Positions 28,739-42,035 of a DNA stretch of 64,000 bases are shown here, in pieces. The number at the start of each line of letters is the position of its first letter. Within the stretch, counting starts at the first letter, position 1. The position numbers were made by a program, and so were the translations under genes. The DNA is from Bigelowiella natans CCMP2755 (Eukaryota; Protista; Cercozoa). The stretch lies in assembly GCA_000320545.1 (NCBI GenBank), contig ADNK01000544.1, positions 124,001-188,000 on the forward strand, given 5' to 3'. The notes beneath the pieces are model-generated. The model saw nothing but the letters and a program-made list of their open reading frames with translations. It did not search any database and was not told where the DNA came from.

Positions 28739-29165
28739 TCAATCTTTTCCATCATCTTCTGGGAATAACTCGTCAACATCTTGTGTGCTGTAACCGTCTT
28801 TCTCATCAGGCCCCATAAGTTCATGATCTAATTGTGTAGTTTTGCGGTATCAGCACAAAATGGGAAGGCCTTAAAAGATAATTGCGAGAAAAATCCCTCG
28901 AATATAGCATAGTATCATTATGTAGATTGATATAACCTTCTTCTTCAAAATCTTCAGCATACTCCTTAAGCAATTCCTCCTCATCCATTTCTATTACACA
29001 TAACGAAGAAATTATTCTCAAGATCGCCGAGATACACATGCGTAGTCTACGACCAGTTGTTCCATCATTGAAAGCAGCATTAAGTTTCGCTTTCTCATAT
29101 TCTTCATCAATCTGAGGAAAATAATTAAAATTATTGCACGTTTTTCCCCGATATCTGTGTTGCTT

Positions 29166-29234
<69 letters not shown>

Positions 29235-29412
29235 CTCCTTCTCCTCATCAAACCCTCCCCTCTCTTCGGAGTAATTGAGTAACACCTCGAAGCCCATTTT
29301 CCTCATGCGTGCAATGTATCTGAATAAAATGAGTAGAATAGAAAATTCAAAATTTTTCCATAGTCTCCTGAGTGACAATACATGAATAATAACATTCGTA
29401 CATCAAGCATTA

Positions 29413-29455
<43 letters not shown>

Positions 29456-29651
29456 TACTGTTCTTGCTCAGCCTTTTCATCAGCAATGAATTTCTCCTCC
29501 ATACTCTCCAGATGTTCCATTTCCTCCACAGTAGGAGGTACGATATACGCATTGTCTTCTTTCATAGTGCTGAAGGAAAGACAGGAAAGAGTAAATCACC
29601 ACATTGCAACAACCGATATGTGTGGCATACTACTTTTCAATTTTTTGCACA

Positions 29652-29682
<31 letters not shown>

Positions 29683-30317
29683 TCAGTTAATTACTACTGC
29701 TACTACTACCCAGGAATCTTCATCATTGGAACGCCGTATTTGCGGGGAATCTCAGCGATGACCTGGTTATGACCGATAATGTACGTAGTAAAAAACAAAG
29801 GAAAAGAATATGACAAAAAGGAGGAGGAGGAGGAGGAGGAAAACGATGATTATCACGAGGTATCCTACTTACGATCGTGATTTATGCCAGTGGTGGTGTT
29901 TGGTAAGTCCGCATAAATGATTTACTTATGTTACTTTTTTGACTCTGAGTTGTTGCTCCTTCATCTTCGTGTACGTCAGCACCTAATGAATACCAATCCA
30001 AAATCATCATCGTACTACCAGCAAAACCTAGAAAACGATGTTGCTTCAAGGGACTCTTTACGGAATATTGTGATACACCTTCTTTAGTCATTTGTGTACA
30101 TGTACTCGAATATGTACCCACACATAGCATCAGAGAGTAGGTGTGAAAAGAAGGGAGGGGGTCAATAGTTATGAACTACTTCGTATTGTGTGTCTGTTGG
30201 ATCGTAGACTGCTTTTCCGCGAGCCTTGTAGTTTGTAGTGTGGCAGGTAACTTGTGAAAGGAGCTTGAATAGACATTTAATCTAATAATAACAACAGCGA
30301 CATCAATGAGAAAAAAG

Positions 30318-30348
<31 letters not shown>

Positions 30349-30431
30349 GGGGGGCCTCTGAGGTACTCTGCAGAACCATGGATAGTTTAATCTTGTATCC
30401 CTTTCCCCTATTATCATCTTGTTTTATATAA

Positions 30432-30520
<89 letters not shown>

Positions 30521-31730
30521 TGTGTGTGTATAGTGGTATTATGTTTCCTTTCCTGTCGTTGTTGTTGTTGTTGTTTTTGTTGTTGTTGTTGTTATTTCAT
30601 AATACCACTGTGGTTCGAGTCCTTGGGCCTATTATCTTCACGGTCACATCCGTAATACCAAAGCACTGACAACATTAATGAGCAAAATAGTCATGCTATT
30701 GCCGCTACTGGTGCTGGTGTTGATACAATAGACGTGAAGAGAGATTAAATTCACTCGAACAAAAGTTGGATGATGGTATTGGAAGTGAGTAAGGTTGTCT
30801 CTAACATACTTGCATGCTATTATTTCGGATTTTCTAATACAACATGGCTCATACCTTATTTTTATTATTATATCAGATAGAACAAACACCTCCATTCAAA
30901 CCCGCAACAAAAACAACAACTCCTACTACTACCTTCAAGACGAGATCTACAACTGGTGCAGCCTGCATCACATTGATTTGAATGTTGGTTTACTCATATC
31001 ACATTTTATGCTAACATCATCATCATGATCATCATCAGATATCTTAATCAAATGATGATGACTACTTCGTGCTTATAGCACCACTCCCTACTCCTCTTCT
31101 TACCGTGACACCATGCATTTCAGGACGTCGCCACATTATCATACGAGTGCCTTGAAACTTGGCTAAGAGAACGATGAAGAAGAAGTATCAAAAGAGAAAA
31201 GTTAGGACATATTGTTCTCTTCGCAATGTTTCTATTTTATTCTCCCTCTCGCCCTCATCATTCATCCATCCATCCATCCATCCTCCCTCCTCTTTGGCAG
31301 CCTGCTTCTTCCAACACCACCGTCACCACGAGCACCAACTCCGATGACACTCCCCAATTCAAGATTAACAGACAGATATCGGTACACACACACACACACA
31401 CACACAATATATATATATATATATATATATGTACGCATAAAGATATTGATATATGTGGTTGTTTTTTCACCTCGAATCTCTTTATCGTAGATAGTGCGTC
31501 CTTGGTAGAGCGGCACAAACATCAGGTTCTTTAGTAGGTTTACATTGGCTCGATCCTGTCGTTATTATCACCAAACCGACTCAGATATAAGTAGCAGCAG
31601 CATCACAAATAATGATTACTAGTTGGGCAACACCGACTCACCAAAAACCGTATGCATTCACCACCACACCAACACAAGTGGCAAATAGGAACTCCTTTCT
31701 GTTTTTCTTTAATTATTTTTCCTCTCCTAT

Positions 31731-31774
<44 letters not shown>

Positions 31775-31872
31775 ACACACACACTACTTTCCCTCTTTCT
31801 CCATCATCTCAAAAGTATTACGCATACCCTGACGCCTTCTGGACCAGGAGCTTTTCCATACCTATACAACGA

Positions 31873-31903
<31 letters not shown>

Positions 31904-33875
31904 AAGAAACTTATCTTTAACATCTAATCAAGGCTAGCGTGTAGCCCGAATCGTCGTTTTCACACGTACAGTCCAACCTTATCATCATCATTATATCATC
32001 ATCCTCATATTGCTTAGTCCTTGTAGTTCTAATATTTCCTTGCTTACTTACCCCCATCCTGCGTATCCCTTCCCATTTCCGGCGACAAAGAAGTAGCCGT
32101 ACGACATCTTCCGCCCCCCAGGTATAATCTGAATACATAATCATCATCACAATCATCATCATCATCATCATCATCAGCCATAATCGGGATAAAGCGAATG
32201 AAAATAGGAGAATAATTTGAAATGAGTTATCGTCACTAGAGCAGCTGAAGAGGGCGACCAATCACCGTATGCTACGTTTGTACAGAACATGCAAATTTAC
32301 ATTCATGTGTGCATGAGAAGGGGGGGGGGGGGGGGGGATAAGGGGGGAAGAGTAAGGTCCCACCTTATTGAACATTCTGGTCTCAATGTCAACCTAAAAT
32401 GAAAAGAAGTAGTACCCATTTCAGTAGGTATGTATTTAATTTCGTGCGCAGCAGATGGGACAAGTTCCCAGATGCTTTTAGTAGTGATACAGTACTACAT
32501 AACAAAACTTAAACATCATAGAGAGATAATGAATAAAATTGGAAAGGGACTCAGAAAATACTACCTGAATCGGTAGCAATCTTCCCAATTTAGTGGCAAG
32601 TTGTGTTGCCCGCGTATCCTTTTCCCTATCCTATCAAAATATAACATATTTCTTGACATGGTGGTCTCGAAAGGAGGGACAACAACCGTAGCAGCAGCAG
32701 CAACAAGCACCTACATTGTTTTGCCTGTTATCACGACTATCATCCTCCTTTTTTGAGGCCAGGTCATCCAATGGGTACTCTTCCCCACGCATATCTTGAA
32801 CAGCCTACCAAAGAAGAGGAAATATATAAGAACACCCAAAACATGATGAAACCCTATATCGCGAATTATTAAGATGTCGATTGTCAGCTTGCTAACCTTT
32901 TCTGAATTTGGAATCTCTAGGATCTCATTATCTGCTAGCTCGACCTAAAGTAACAAAAGCAGTCAATGCTCCATGAATCTAGTGAACAATGACAAAGTAG
33001 AGGTTGTTCTATTTCTCGTTTATTTTGCATACCGCAGATCTGACGTCTTGCTTTGCAAGCTCGAATAATTCTGGAACCTTCCAGATCGTAGTACAATTAG
33101 TCAATACCAATGATATTGATAATAAAATATGAGGGAAAACCCATAGTTGTATGATGTTGTTAATTTCTCAGAAGCTTACTTGTTCAGGAGGTGGTAAATT
33201 CTCTTCAATACATTGCTTATGGAGTTCCTATCGTAGGACGGTATAGCAGCAGCATTTAAGAACAAACTAGGAAGAAGAATCCCCCTTCCCATATATAATT
33301 TCCAGTGCATATTCCCCGCAAGGTAATTTTAGAATGATTAAGTATGCATTGTTAAGTGAAATACTGACCTTCTTCAGTTTTCCATATTCAAGCATCTCCT
33401 CCAACGTCTCGAAACTAACAGGAGTGTGGAGTTGTTGTGATAAATTTTGAATCATATAAATTATTTTATATTCTCATTTGTACGTACCCAGAAGGCTTGT
33501 GGAAATCCTCGATGACACTGCTGTTATTCCACACCTTAAATGATAACAAATAATATTTATGACATCCTCGCTGTTGCCTCTCACCCTTGTTGAACATTTG
33601 CTTTGCAAAGTGTAAAGTCAATCACATTCAATATCAAAACTCAAATTTTGAATGACGACCTCATCGATTGTCTTCCATTCCCTATTGGGGGTGGCCTTTT
33701 TTTTGGATGGAGTAGGACGCGATCTTCGTGAAAAGCTGCTCGTAGAAAATAGCATTGCCTGCTTCGTCCTCGCCTCAACCACTGTCTGGCGCAAGTATCG
33801 ATGGCATACGGATTGTGTGGAAGATGAAGTATTTGTGGCAACACGGTTTTTTAGAAGCCTTTTGATGATAATCAT
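28739..33875 (-). CDS. MRPS5: Mitochondrial ribosomal protein uS5m, multi-exon
   Basis: Basic Ser/Arg-rich presequence; S5 motifs IPGGRKMSYGYFFVAGNGKGYAGWGYGKAPG, KNLMFVPLYQGRTIY, KFQGTRMIMWRRPEMHGV, FGITDVTVKIIG. Confidence 0.88.
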
Positions 33876-34279
33876 CGCAGACAGTAGGGGGCGTGGGCTG
33901 GGCCACACGCACTAACGCCGAAATATATTTCTTATCAACGACAAGCCGATACACAAGACGCTGGTTACAAACACACTTCTAGTCCTACTTCTCCATTTTT
34001 TCATATTTTATGATGTCGTATGTTGTGATAGCACGATATTCAAGAATTGACCATCTGAGACAATCGATAAATGCGAATTTATAGATAAATTGGGCTCATT
34101 TCCCTAACCAGACTGTGTTTTATATTTACGACTTTTAATACTCTTCAGATTTTAAGAAAACGACATTCATTTCATCATTATTGCCAATTAATCAGAAACA
34201 GCAAAAACGTACGCCTACGAAATTTGCCCCCCTTCGTCAACAACGCCGATCTGAACTTGAATCGGAACGTATTCACGTA

Positions 34280-34828
34280 ATGGCGTCTTTTCTTTCTACC
34301 GGAGAACTTAGTAGGATCAGAAGACTTGCTGGATCCAAGAAAAAATCTGAGAATACTTCAAAATTTAAGGTAGCCAGTTTATGCTGTATCTGTAGTGCCC
34401 TTAAAATAATGCTAATGTTCGTGCTGTAACGATTTGTTATAGGGGAAATCAGATTTAGCCTTAAAGTCTGAATCTCGTTCTAAGAAATGGCCGAATACAC
34501 TTGAAAATTCAAGGGCCAATAAATTAAAAGCAAGACAGGCACGTTTGGATGAGATCGAGGTGTGATGTTCTATTCTACCTCAAAATTGAAGCAAGCACAT
34601 TGACTATATGAAATGAAATATCAGCGCAAACAACAAATTATTGACAAAGAGGAGGCGATTCTGAAAGCGGAAGAGCGGAAGAGGCAGATAGAGCGGGCAC
34701 AAAATATATTGTATAATGCGAGAGACAATGTGAAGCAGTTCAACTCTTCAGTTTTGTACGCCAAATCTTTGAAGGAACAGCAAAAGCAAATTCAGATGAA
34801 AAAGGTTTCATACGCGCGCACTAACGCA

Positions 34829-34873
<45 letters not shown>

Positions 34874-36033
34874 ACAGACAGAGAGAGAGAGGGAGAAGGG
34901 AAGGGCTTGTGGTGCATCTCGGTCTGGGGGCCTTCTGTGATAAATTTTTAAGAAAATGTGCACCAGCTTATCTATTTCTTGAAACACCTTAGGAGCGCAT
35001 TCAGAAGGAAAAGGAAATGGAAGCTATGTATCATAAATTGCAGATGGAAGGTGCAAAGCGTCTCAAGGATAGAGAAGACAAAGAGAAAGAGATGAGGTTA
35101 AAGCAAGCTAAGGATTTTGCGCTGGAGCAGAAAAAGCAATTAGCAGAGTATCACGCACGGGAGGAAGCAAGAAAAGAAGAGGAAAGAGAAATTGGCCGAC
35201 GGGCGCTTGCACTAGCAAAAAAAGTTAAATTAGAAGCGGAAGAAGCTCAAACGGAGAAATTGAGAATGATAGCAGCCAAGAACGTTCAGAGAGTCCACGA
35301 TAATGAACGACTAGAGAAGTACAAAAAGAAGTTGAGAAAAAAGGAAGCTCTTGAGATGAAAAAAATAGAAGATTATGCTAAAATGAAGGAAAAGCAGCTT
35401 GCTCAAAGAAAATGGCAGCAGGCAGAAAATTTTCGTAAGAAGCAAGAAATTCGCCAGAAAATTATTGACGATCAAGGAAAGAGGCTTGCTGAAATAAAGA
35501 AGCAGCAGAAAGCTGTTGAGTTGAAGCAAAATAATGATTCAGAGAAAAAGAGGCTCGAGGAATTGAGGAAGAAAGAAGAAAAGCTAAACAAACTCATGGA
35601 AGACATTAATCGATCTAGGCAACAGCAGTTACGATACAAGCAAAACCGGCGTGAGAAAGAATTAGAGCATGATCAAGCGCTTGCACTGCACACGCGGGAG
35701 AGAGTCAAACAATTGGTTGCGATGGAAAAGGCTGAACGAATGGCAGCTCTCAAAAAGAACAAAGAATATGAAAGTTTCTTAAGAAAGCAAGCAAAAGAAC
35801 GACGAGATCTTCGTGAGAAGGAAGCAAGGCAAACATTTGCTGAAGATAGGGCACGTATCAAGGCGGAAATGGAGGAAAGTCAAGCTCTAGCTAATCACGT
35901 AGCGAAGCTACGTCTTGGAATGATTGATAAAGAGTTGGACACAACTCCACTTGATCGATACGCGCAAAAGCAGAACGTAGGTGCAGGAACCACAAACAGT
36001 GTCGTGGCTTCATCGTGGACAGGGCCGTTGTAA
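34280..36033 (+). CDS. CFAP210: Cilia/flagella coiled-coil protein CFAP210 (CCDC173-like, TPH domain), 4 exons
   Basis: LKSESRSKKWPNTLENSR...IDKEEAILKAEERKRQIERAQNILYNARDNVKQFNSSVLYAKSLKEQQKQI followed by a long E/K/R coiled coil. Confidence 0.8.
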
Positions 36034-36039
36034 ACTACA

Positions 36040-39000
36040 GTGCTGGGCCATGTTCGCATTGATGCACACAGATCCATGCAAACACATGACGTAATTGCAC
36101 TATGAGGAGCGCTTTAATTTTCATTCACATGCAAATCAAAATTGTATTCTATTCATCCGCATTGCTACACAACGACTGCTAAATGCATGCTACGGCTTGA
36201 TCAGCTGCAGCTCAGTGTCTAGAGCAAACGCAAATTGCCGCGTCTGCAGCTCACATCATGCCAGCGCGCTGGTATGTCTGTCTAGTAGACGATCGGATGA
36301 CCATCCGCGCGCACGTGCGTGTCTTGCAGCTGCTAGGTGTGCATGTGTGCTTGCTGTTTGCACATCTGGTTTGCAGCATGCGCTTGGATTGATGTTGTTG
36401 AGCGTGCAGCACATGAGGCAGTCCGTGAAATTGCAAGGTGCACTTGTGACAGACATGCAATGCACAACACAACTGCATCAATCCCTGTGACGAGTGGGTT
36501 TTGAACAAACCATGCTTTGCGCGTGCGGCCTGGCGCGCTCAATCGTTGCAATTGAACATTTGAAGCACACTGGAGCCTGTTTTGGGTTCAAATTTGATTT
36601 TTTTTTCGAATTTCGGCTCAAAAACCTCACTTTTCAACGCCTGCCAGCAGGCAAAAATTGGAAATTTCTCACCACTTTTGGTCAAGCTGGCGCATTTGCA
36701 TTTGCGTGCCACAACTTTTGCAAGCTCATGAGGGTGTGTGCACACTGGCTTCATGGACGTGCGAAGTTTCAGCACACGCACGCAAAAATCACTGGAGCAA
36801 TCACATGTGAACGCATGCACAAAATGGACAAAAATGGGTTTTCACGTGAAGTTGCTGTGACACCGCTCTCAAATGAAAACTGAGCATTCCCATGCACTCA
36901 AACCCGTGCACCTCCTCGGAGACGTTGTGTGTGTGACAAAACCAGCGTCCCATCTGGATTTCGTGCATTTCCAACGAACATGCACTTCACAATTTCACTG
37001 CTGGAGGTGTGGCGTGCGTCAAATGGAAATCCAGAATTCGCAAGGACAGTCCACAACAGCTGTCTTCACTTCGCCCCAAGTTGCTGACAGGCATTTTTCT
37101 GGCATCAATGCACACAGAACTTTCATGTCTTCGAATGCGTGGACCACATGGTGATTGAGTTTGAAGTTGCGGCTGGAAAAAGTCACTGATGTGGGCTTCA
37201 AAATGACCTCACATGTGGATTTGGGCACGAAGAGGTTTTTTGTCTCGTGAGCTTCAGTTGGGTCATTTTCTGGCCTCAGACACGCATGCATGCATCTTCC
37301 TAGCTCATCAAGATGAGCACAAACTGCGTTGCACAGGGCCTCTTCATGGCATTCGGCTTTTTCAAACTGCTTGTGCAACTCTGTTTCAAAACTGTGAAAA
37401 GTGCACATTTCAGACACAATGTGGTTGTGATGCATCAGAAAAGTGTCAAACACCTTGAAACATCACTGTCTGAGTGTTTTTCTTTGTCTGAATCATCTGA
37501 ATCTTCCTCATCGTCAGGCTCAGAGCTTGAAGAAGCAACATCCTCATTCTCCCACTTGCTCTCGTCTGCTCTTCCTGGAGCTGGAAAGTGAGGATTTTCA
37601 CCAGATTCGTCGTCTGTTTCACCAAGCAACTCATTTTCCAGCGAAGTCCATGAGATTTGGTTCACGGGGATGTTTGCTTTGCGCTCAACCCCTTGGAGAG
37701 ATCCACGGCATGCACGGCGAGAGCAGCAAGAGTGGCGGTGAAGAGTGGAAAAGACTTCATCGTCATTGGCAAAAGCACAGCCAGATGATGTGTTCACCTT
37801 CTAGATCTAGCTCTCCATTTGTGACCAGCGCGGCGGACAATTTCCTAGATGCCACTCGCAGATCTAGCAAAAAAAAGTAAAAAAAAAGTAGCGATGAGTC
37901 AGGTTTTTTGGATTCATGTGTCAAAAAACGCAAGTCGTCTTGATCTTTTCTCCAGCATTTTCTGAAATTCCATGCTGCCTGATGATGCATCGCGGATGGC
38001 ACTTCTCAGGCCGCATTTCCAGAATTCCGATCCATTCTGTCAAATGCGACAACGAAAACACGACACATTTGTTGGGCGAAATTGGCATCTGTCTTGAACT
38101 CATTGAATTCTCCTGACACCTCATTCATGTTTTCACCCGGTGACACCGGGCACTTCCTACGATTTCTTCCTGGTGCAGAACTGATCCGTGCAAGCCTCCG
38201 AGTGCTCTTCCCCCCTTCTCCCACCTCTCCCTTCTGCAGGATGCAGATGGATTTGCCGTCCCTGCAAACGATGACAGACTCCATCAGTGCAATTACGCTC
38301 TTCGCGGAGCATCATGGACACCGCATTTCGGACCTGAAGGTCTGCGACGGAGAGGGTGTGACCCAGCTAGCCTGTGGAGCTTTGCAACGATGCTCAATTC
38401 GTGCGTCAATGAACTGCGAACAAAGTCGGTGCATCAAAAGCGGAGAAGCCTCGGGTGTTTTTCCTTGTCTCCCAGTCGACAGCAGAACCCTTCAACACAC
38501 TTCGTTTGCAATTGACTTCAAAGATGTGAGGAAAGCAGAAAGGGCTCTCGAGCTATTAGCAGAGTTCTGGTTTGTTGGCATCATCAATGTGCACGACAGA
38601 AGTGATTGAGGACGTAGGAAAAGAAAAGCAAGTTCACGGCTAGCCAACATGGCGGTAAAAGTTTGTGCGACGCCATGCTAGCTAGCATGTGGGCAATGGC
38701 GCGATGCTCGATCTGCGCTGCATTTTCAATTTTTGCCATCGCATGTCATTTTGTCATTTTCACATTTGAGCAAGATTGTGTTCACAGATGACGCGTGAAG
38801 TATGTGCCTGCTGTGATTTTCACTATGTCATTCCCGCAATTTAGTTCATGGAAGCAGTGGGCAAATTTTCATGTTTCGCGCAATTTTTGCTAAGGCACAC
38901 GTGTCTATATACACATGACGAGCAACAGGCATCATATGAAATTGTGCATATGTTACACAAACGCTGTTGCATGCTAGCATGCTGCACAAAGCTACATCTA
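36040..39000. mobile_element. About 3-kb hypermutated (TpA-erased) insertion carrying divergent intronless ORF relics
   Basis: Only one TA in 36337-37800 (inside CTAG at 37300). Relic frames on minus (37797-36539) and plus (about 37986-38609) lack Tyr and are His/Cys/Met-rich. Confidence 0.75.
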
Positions 39001-39036
39001 GATGTATCCCCCGGGATAAATGGGTGCTATGTAGAT

Positions 39037-40532
39037 CTACTCATTTCTCATCTCTAATCGTATTCCTGCCCTCCTAAAAATAGCTCGTGGATGAAATCGA
39101 ACCTTGAATATTTCCCATCGCCGCTGAAATTCTGCTTCCCGTTCAGAGGCACTTAAATTTGCCAGTCTATTTGCATAAGCATATGGGTGTATTATTATTT
39201 AAGGGTATCACAGTTCACTGCAATATTCCTGCTAGCTGGACGATGTGTACCTGAAGTATGCTGTCTCAATTTCTTGAAAATCGACAAAGTCAACGATTCC
39301 GTTCCATAGAGCTTCGTCAAGATGATGGCATCGTTGCGATATAAACAGCGAACGTGTATTGAGAATCTGGGAGACCCGTGGCTCCAACGACCATCGTGGC
39401 TCCACGTCGCCGCGTACAGGCCTGAGAATGACAATGCACATAAGAACATATCATAACCAACAGGCACACATACTTATCATCCTTCCACATTATTTATTCC
39501 AATTGATTAGGAATCTTTAGAGCAATGCCCCCGTTTCTTATTATATCCTACCCCTTCCTCGAAACCTACGCCAATGCCTTCTTTCTCTCCTTTGCCTCTT
39601 CTATACGTTTTACTTGTATGTATTTTTGCTGCTAGACAACCCTTATATTTCCCCCTCCACCCGCGTCACCATGATCATGATCATCATTTCCATTGATGAG
39701 CTACTACTTGCAATTTTGATGGATAGACAAATGGATATCCTCGAACGAATCATCAGTCACTAAGTTCTTGAAAGACTCTTCATCCCAGATTTCGTAGAGG
39801 TTCAGTAGATGCTTTTGTAGTTTTATTCTCTCGGTAAGCAAACGCCAACATTCCTCACGACCCTTATTCACTCCTCGTAACCCTGTCCATGCAAACAACA
39901 ACTCCGTTGTCATGGATGAATGTGTGTAGATGTGTGTGTGTGTGTGTGTGTTATGTATATATGGTGTAGTATTATTCCATGCACTACCTAAGAAGAGTAG
40001 TCGGGTCGGCACTTTCTCCTTACGAGGAGGTATCTGATGCCATTGTTTCACGTACCTGAGCAAGATAAGAACGATTATAGCGATAGCGTCAGCACCATAT
40101 TCCACACAGACGAAATTTACGACTCAATTAGGGAGTACAACGAACATACCCCGCCGGCACATGCCTCGCCTTTGGAAGCCCTGGGCAATGATTAAGCGCT
40201 TCGGCGTTCCCAGCTCCATAGTCCCAAATCTCGTCGTAAGTGGCAACCTCCCACAACGTCGTGTTGGGGCAGAGCTGCGGGTTACGCGGATCGACGGATA
40301 CGCTGTTTACAGGCTCCGTTTGGTATAGTACGGTGAAGACGCCTGCATCCTTGAACTTTCTCATTGTCTCATGGTAAAAGTGCCGTGTCCCCACCCAGAT
40401 AGCGACATCGTGTGCTTTTGCCTGTAGGTGATGGTGATAACGATGGCAGTGATGGTAGCAAGGGCTAGTATCAATTTGATGCAGCAGACCCTCACATCAT
40501 AGATCCCATGCTGTGAGTGTGTGTGTGTGTGT

Positions 40533-40573
<41 letters not shown>

Positions 40574-41395
40574 GGTGGCTAGTCCCAATGGGAGGTCGTT
40601 GGTGGTATACTACTACCTGACGGATGGTACTCCGATCTATATAAGGAATGAATCGGTAGCCAAGATACCGGAAACCCTATAAATGACCAACAGTACAGAA
40701 CACTAAAATAATGCCATTTACGAATTGCTGCAGCAAAATGCACATATACGTCAGGCGGCTTTACCTCGACGAGCGTCTCAATGATCATTTTATACAAGTA
40801 GTAGTTACTCCATTCCATTACGATGAAGGCATTTCTTGTCGTTGTCTCTGTTTTCACTCTGTCGTTCTTTGCAACATCGATGAGCTCCTGGACACCAGCT
40901 CTCTGCATAATTTGCGCCGGGTTAAATCGGGTTCTAAATAGTTTCCAGCGCTCATCCAGAAGTTGTTGTCGCTCCGACACACCCATGCCGACAAGTCTTT
41001 CGTATACGTTGATGATTTTCTCCTGCTCAACCTTGCGGAAGGAAAAATTCAATGAGATATCAATTCTCCTTTAGGTAGTAGTGCTCTCTCTCTCTGTGTC
41101 TGTTTGTGTCGTTTGTGTGTAGTATCGTTTCAGCTTGTTTGGCTATGGCAGTCTTACAAAATCGACGATGCCTTTCCATGATTCCTCGTCCTTAGGATGA
41201 CATCGCTCAGAAATCAGGAACGACTTGGTGTTCAAGACCACGGATGCCCTCGGCTCCAAAGACCTACGAGGTAGGCTATAATTATGACAATGATGACAAC
41301 GATGATGACGACGACGACGAAGATGACAACAACATTTTTGGAAGACGTAATGGTTGATGCGCAAATATCCTCCACACGCACACACACATACACAC

Positions 41396-41430
<35 letters not shown>

Positions 41431-41980
41431 ATATTTATATACGACTACAAATCACTTATGCAACAGCCAAAGAAAAGAAACATGAACACCCTCTGCATCC
41501 CACGTATAACATATTCATTTATGTTTTCCTCATAGAAAATGACAAAATCACCACTGAGGTGCAGTAGGATCCTGATATCTCTGAAGCTGAAATTGTTCAT
41601 CCTTTTCAAGCGGGCAGGGACGGTGAATCGACATAAAAATCTTGTTATTCTTCGCGTCCGCGCCTCCCTCAATATAACGACTGAATTCATACGCGTTCCA
41701 TAAGTTGTGTACACGCGAAAACTTTTCGCGAAACGTTTTGGATGCTTCTTTCATGCGCGCAAGACATGCCCAGCGGCTGTAATCGTTGCCCATAAATATG
41801 AGGCGTGTATCATTCCTTCCATCCTCGAAGAAAGGAGGAGCTCGAGGCCACTCTGCTATGTAGCCGGCAGGTACCTACCCGTTATGGTGATTCAGGATAT
41901 GAGAATGTCATCGCTGCAACGAAGGCGTTCCATCCATGGGAACAATAGGCATCATTGTTACCATAAATAAACTGTGGAAA

Positions 41981-42035
<55 letters not shown>

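Noticed and set aside
30430-30530. Compound (TA)n-(TG)n microsatellites as products of the TA-to-TG mutator
   Set aside because: Such compound repeats arise commonly by slippage, and the surrounding intron DNA retains normal TA.
36840-37021. In-frame TGA codons suggesting UGA=Trp or selenocysteine recoding
   Set aside because: TGA is almost the only stop that can exist in TA-free DNA, and host genes here end in TGA (Rab8, MRPS5), so recoding is unsupported.
36095-38284. Many overlapping ORFs in all six frames
   Set aside because: Artefact of TA loss, which removes TAA and TAG stops; not evidence of overlapping genes.
36040-39000. Classical RIP or CpG methylation decay as the cause of the TG/CA excess
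   Set aside because: RIP raises TpA and CpG decay removes CG; here TA is missing and CG is plentiful.
36040-39000. Fanzor/TnpB, integrase or capsid gene in the island
   Set aside because: No RuvC, zinc-finger, DDE, tyrosine-recombinase or capsid motifs recognisable even after reversion; no TIR or TSD found by eye.
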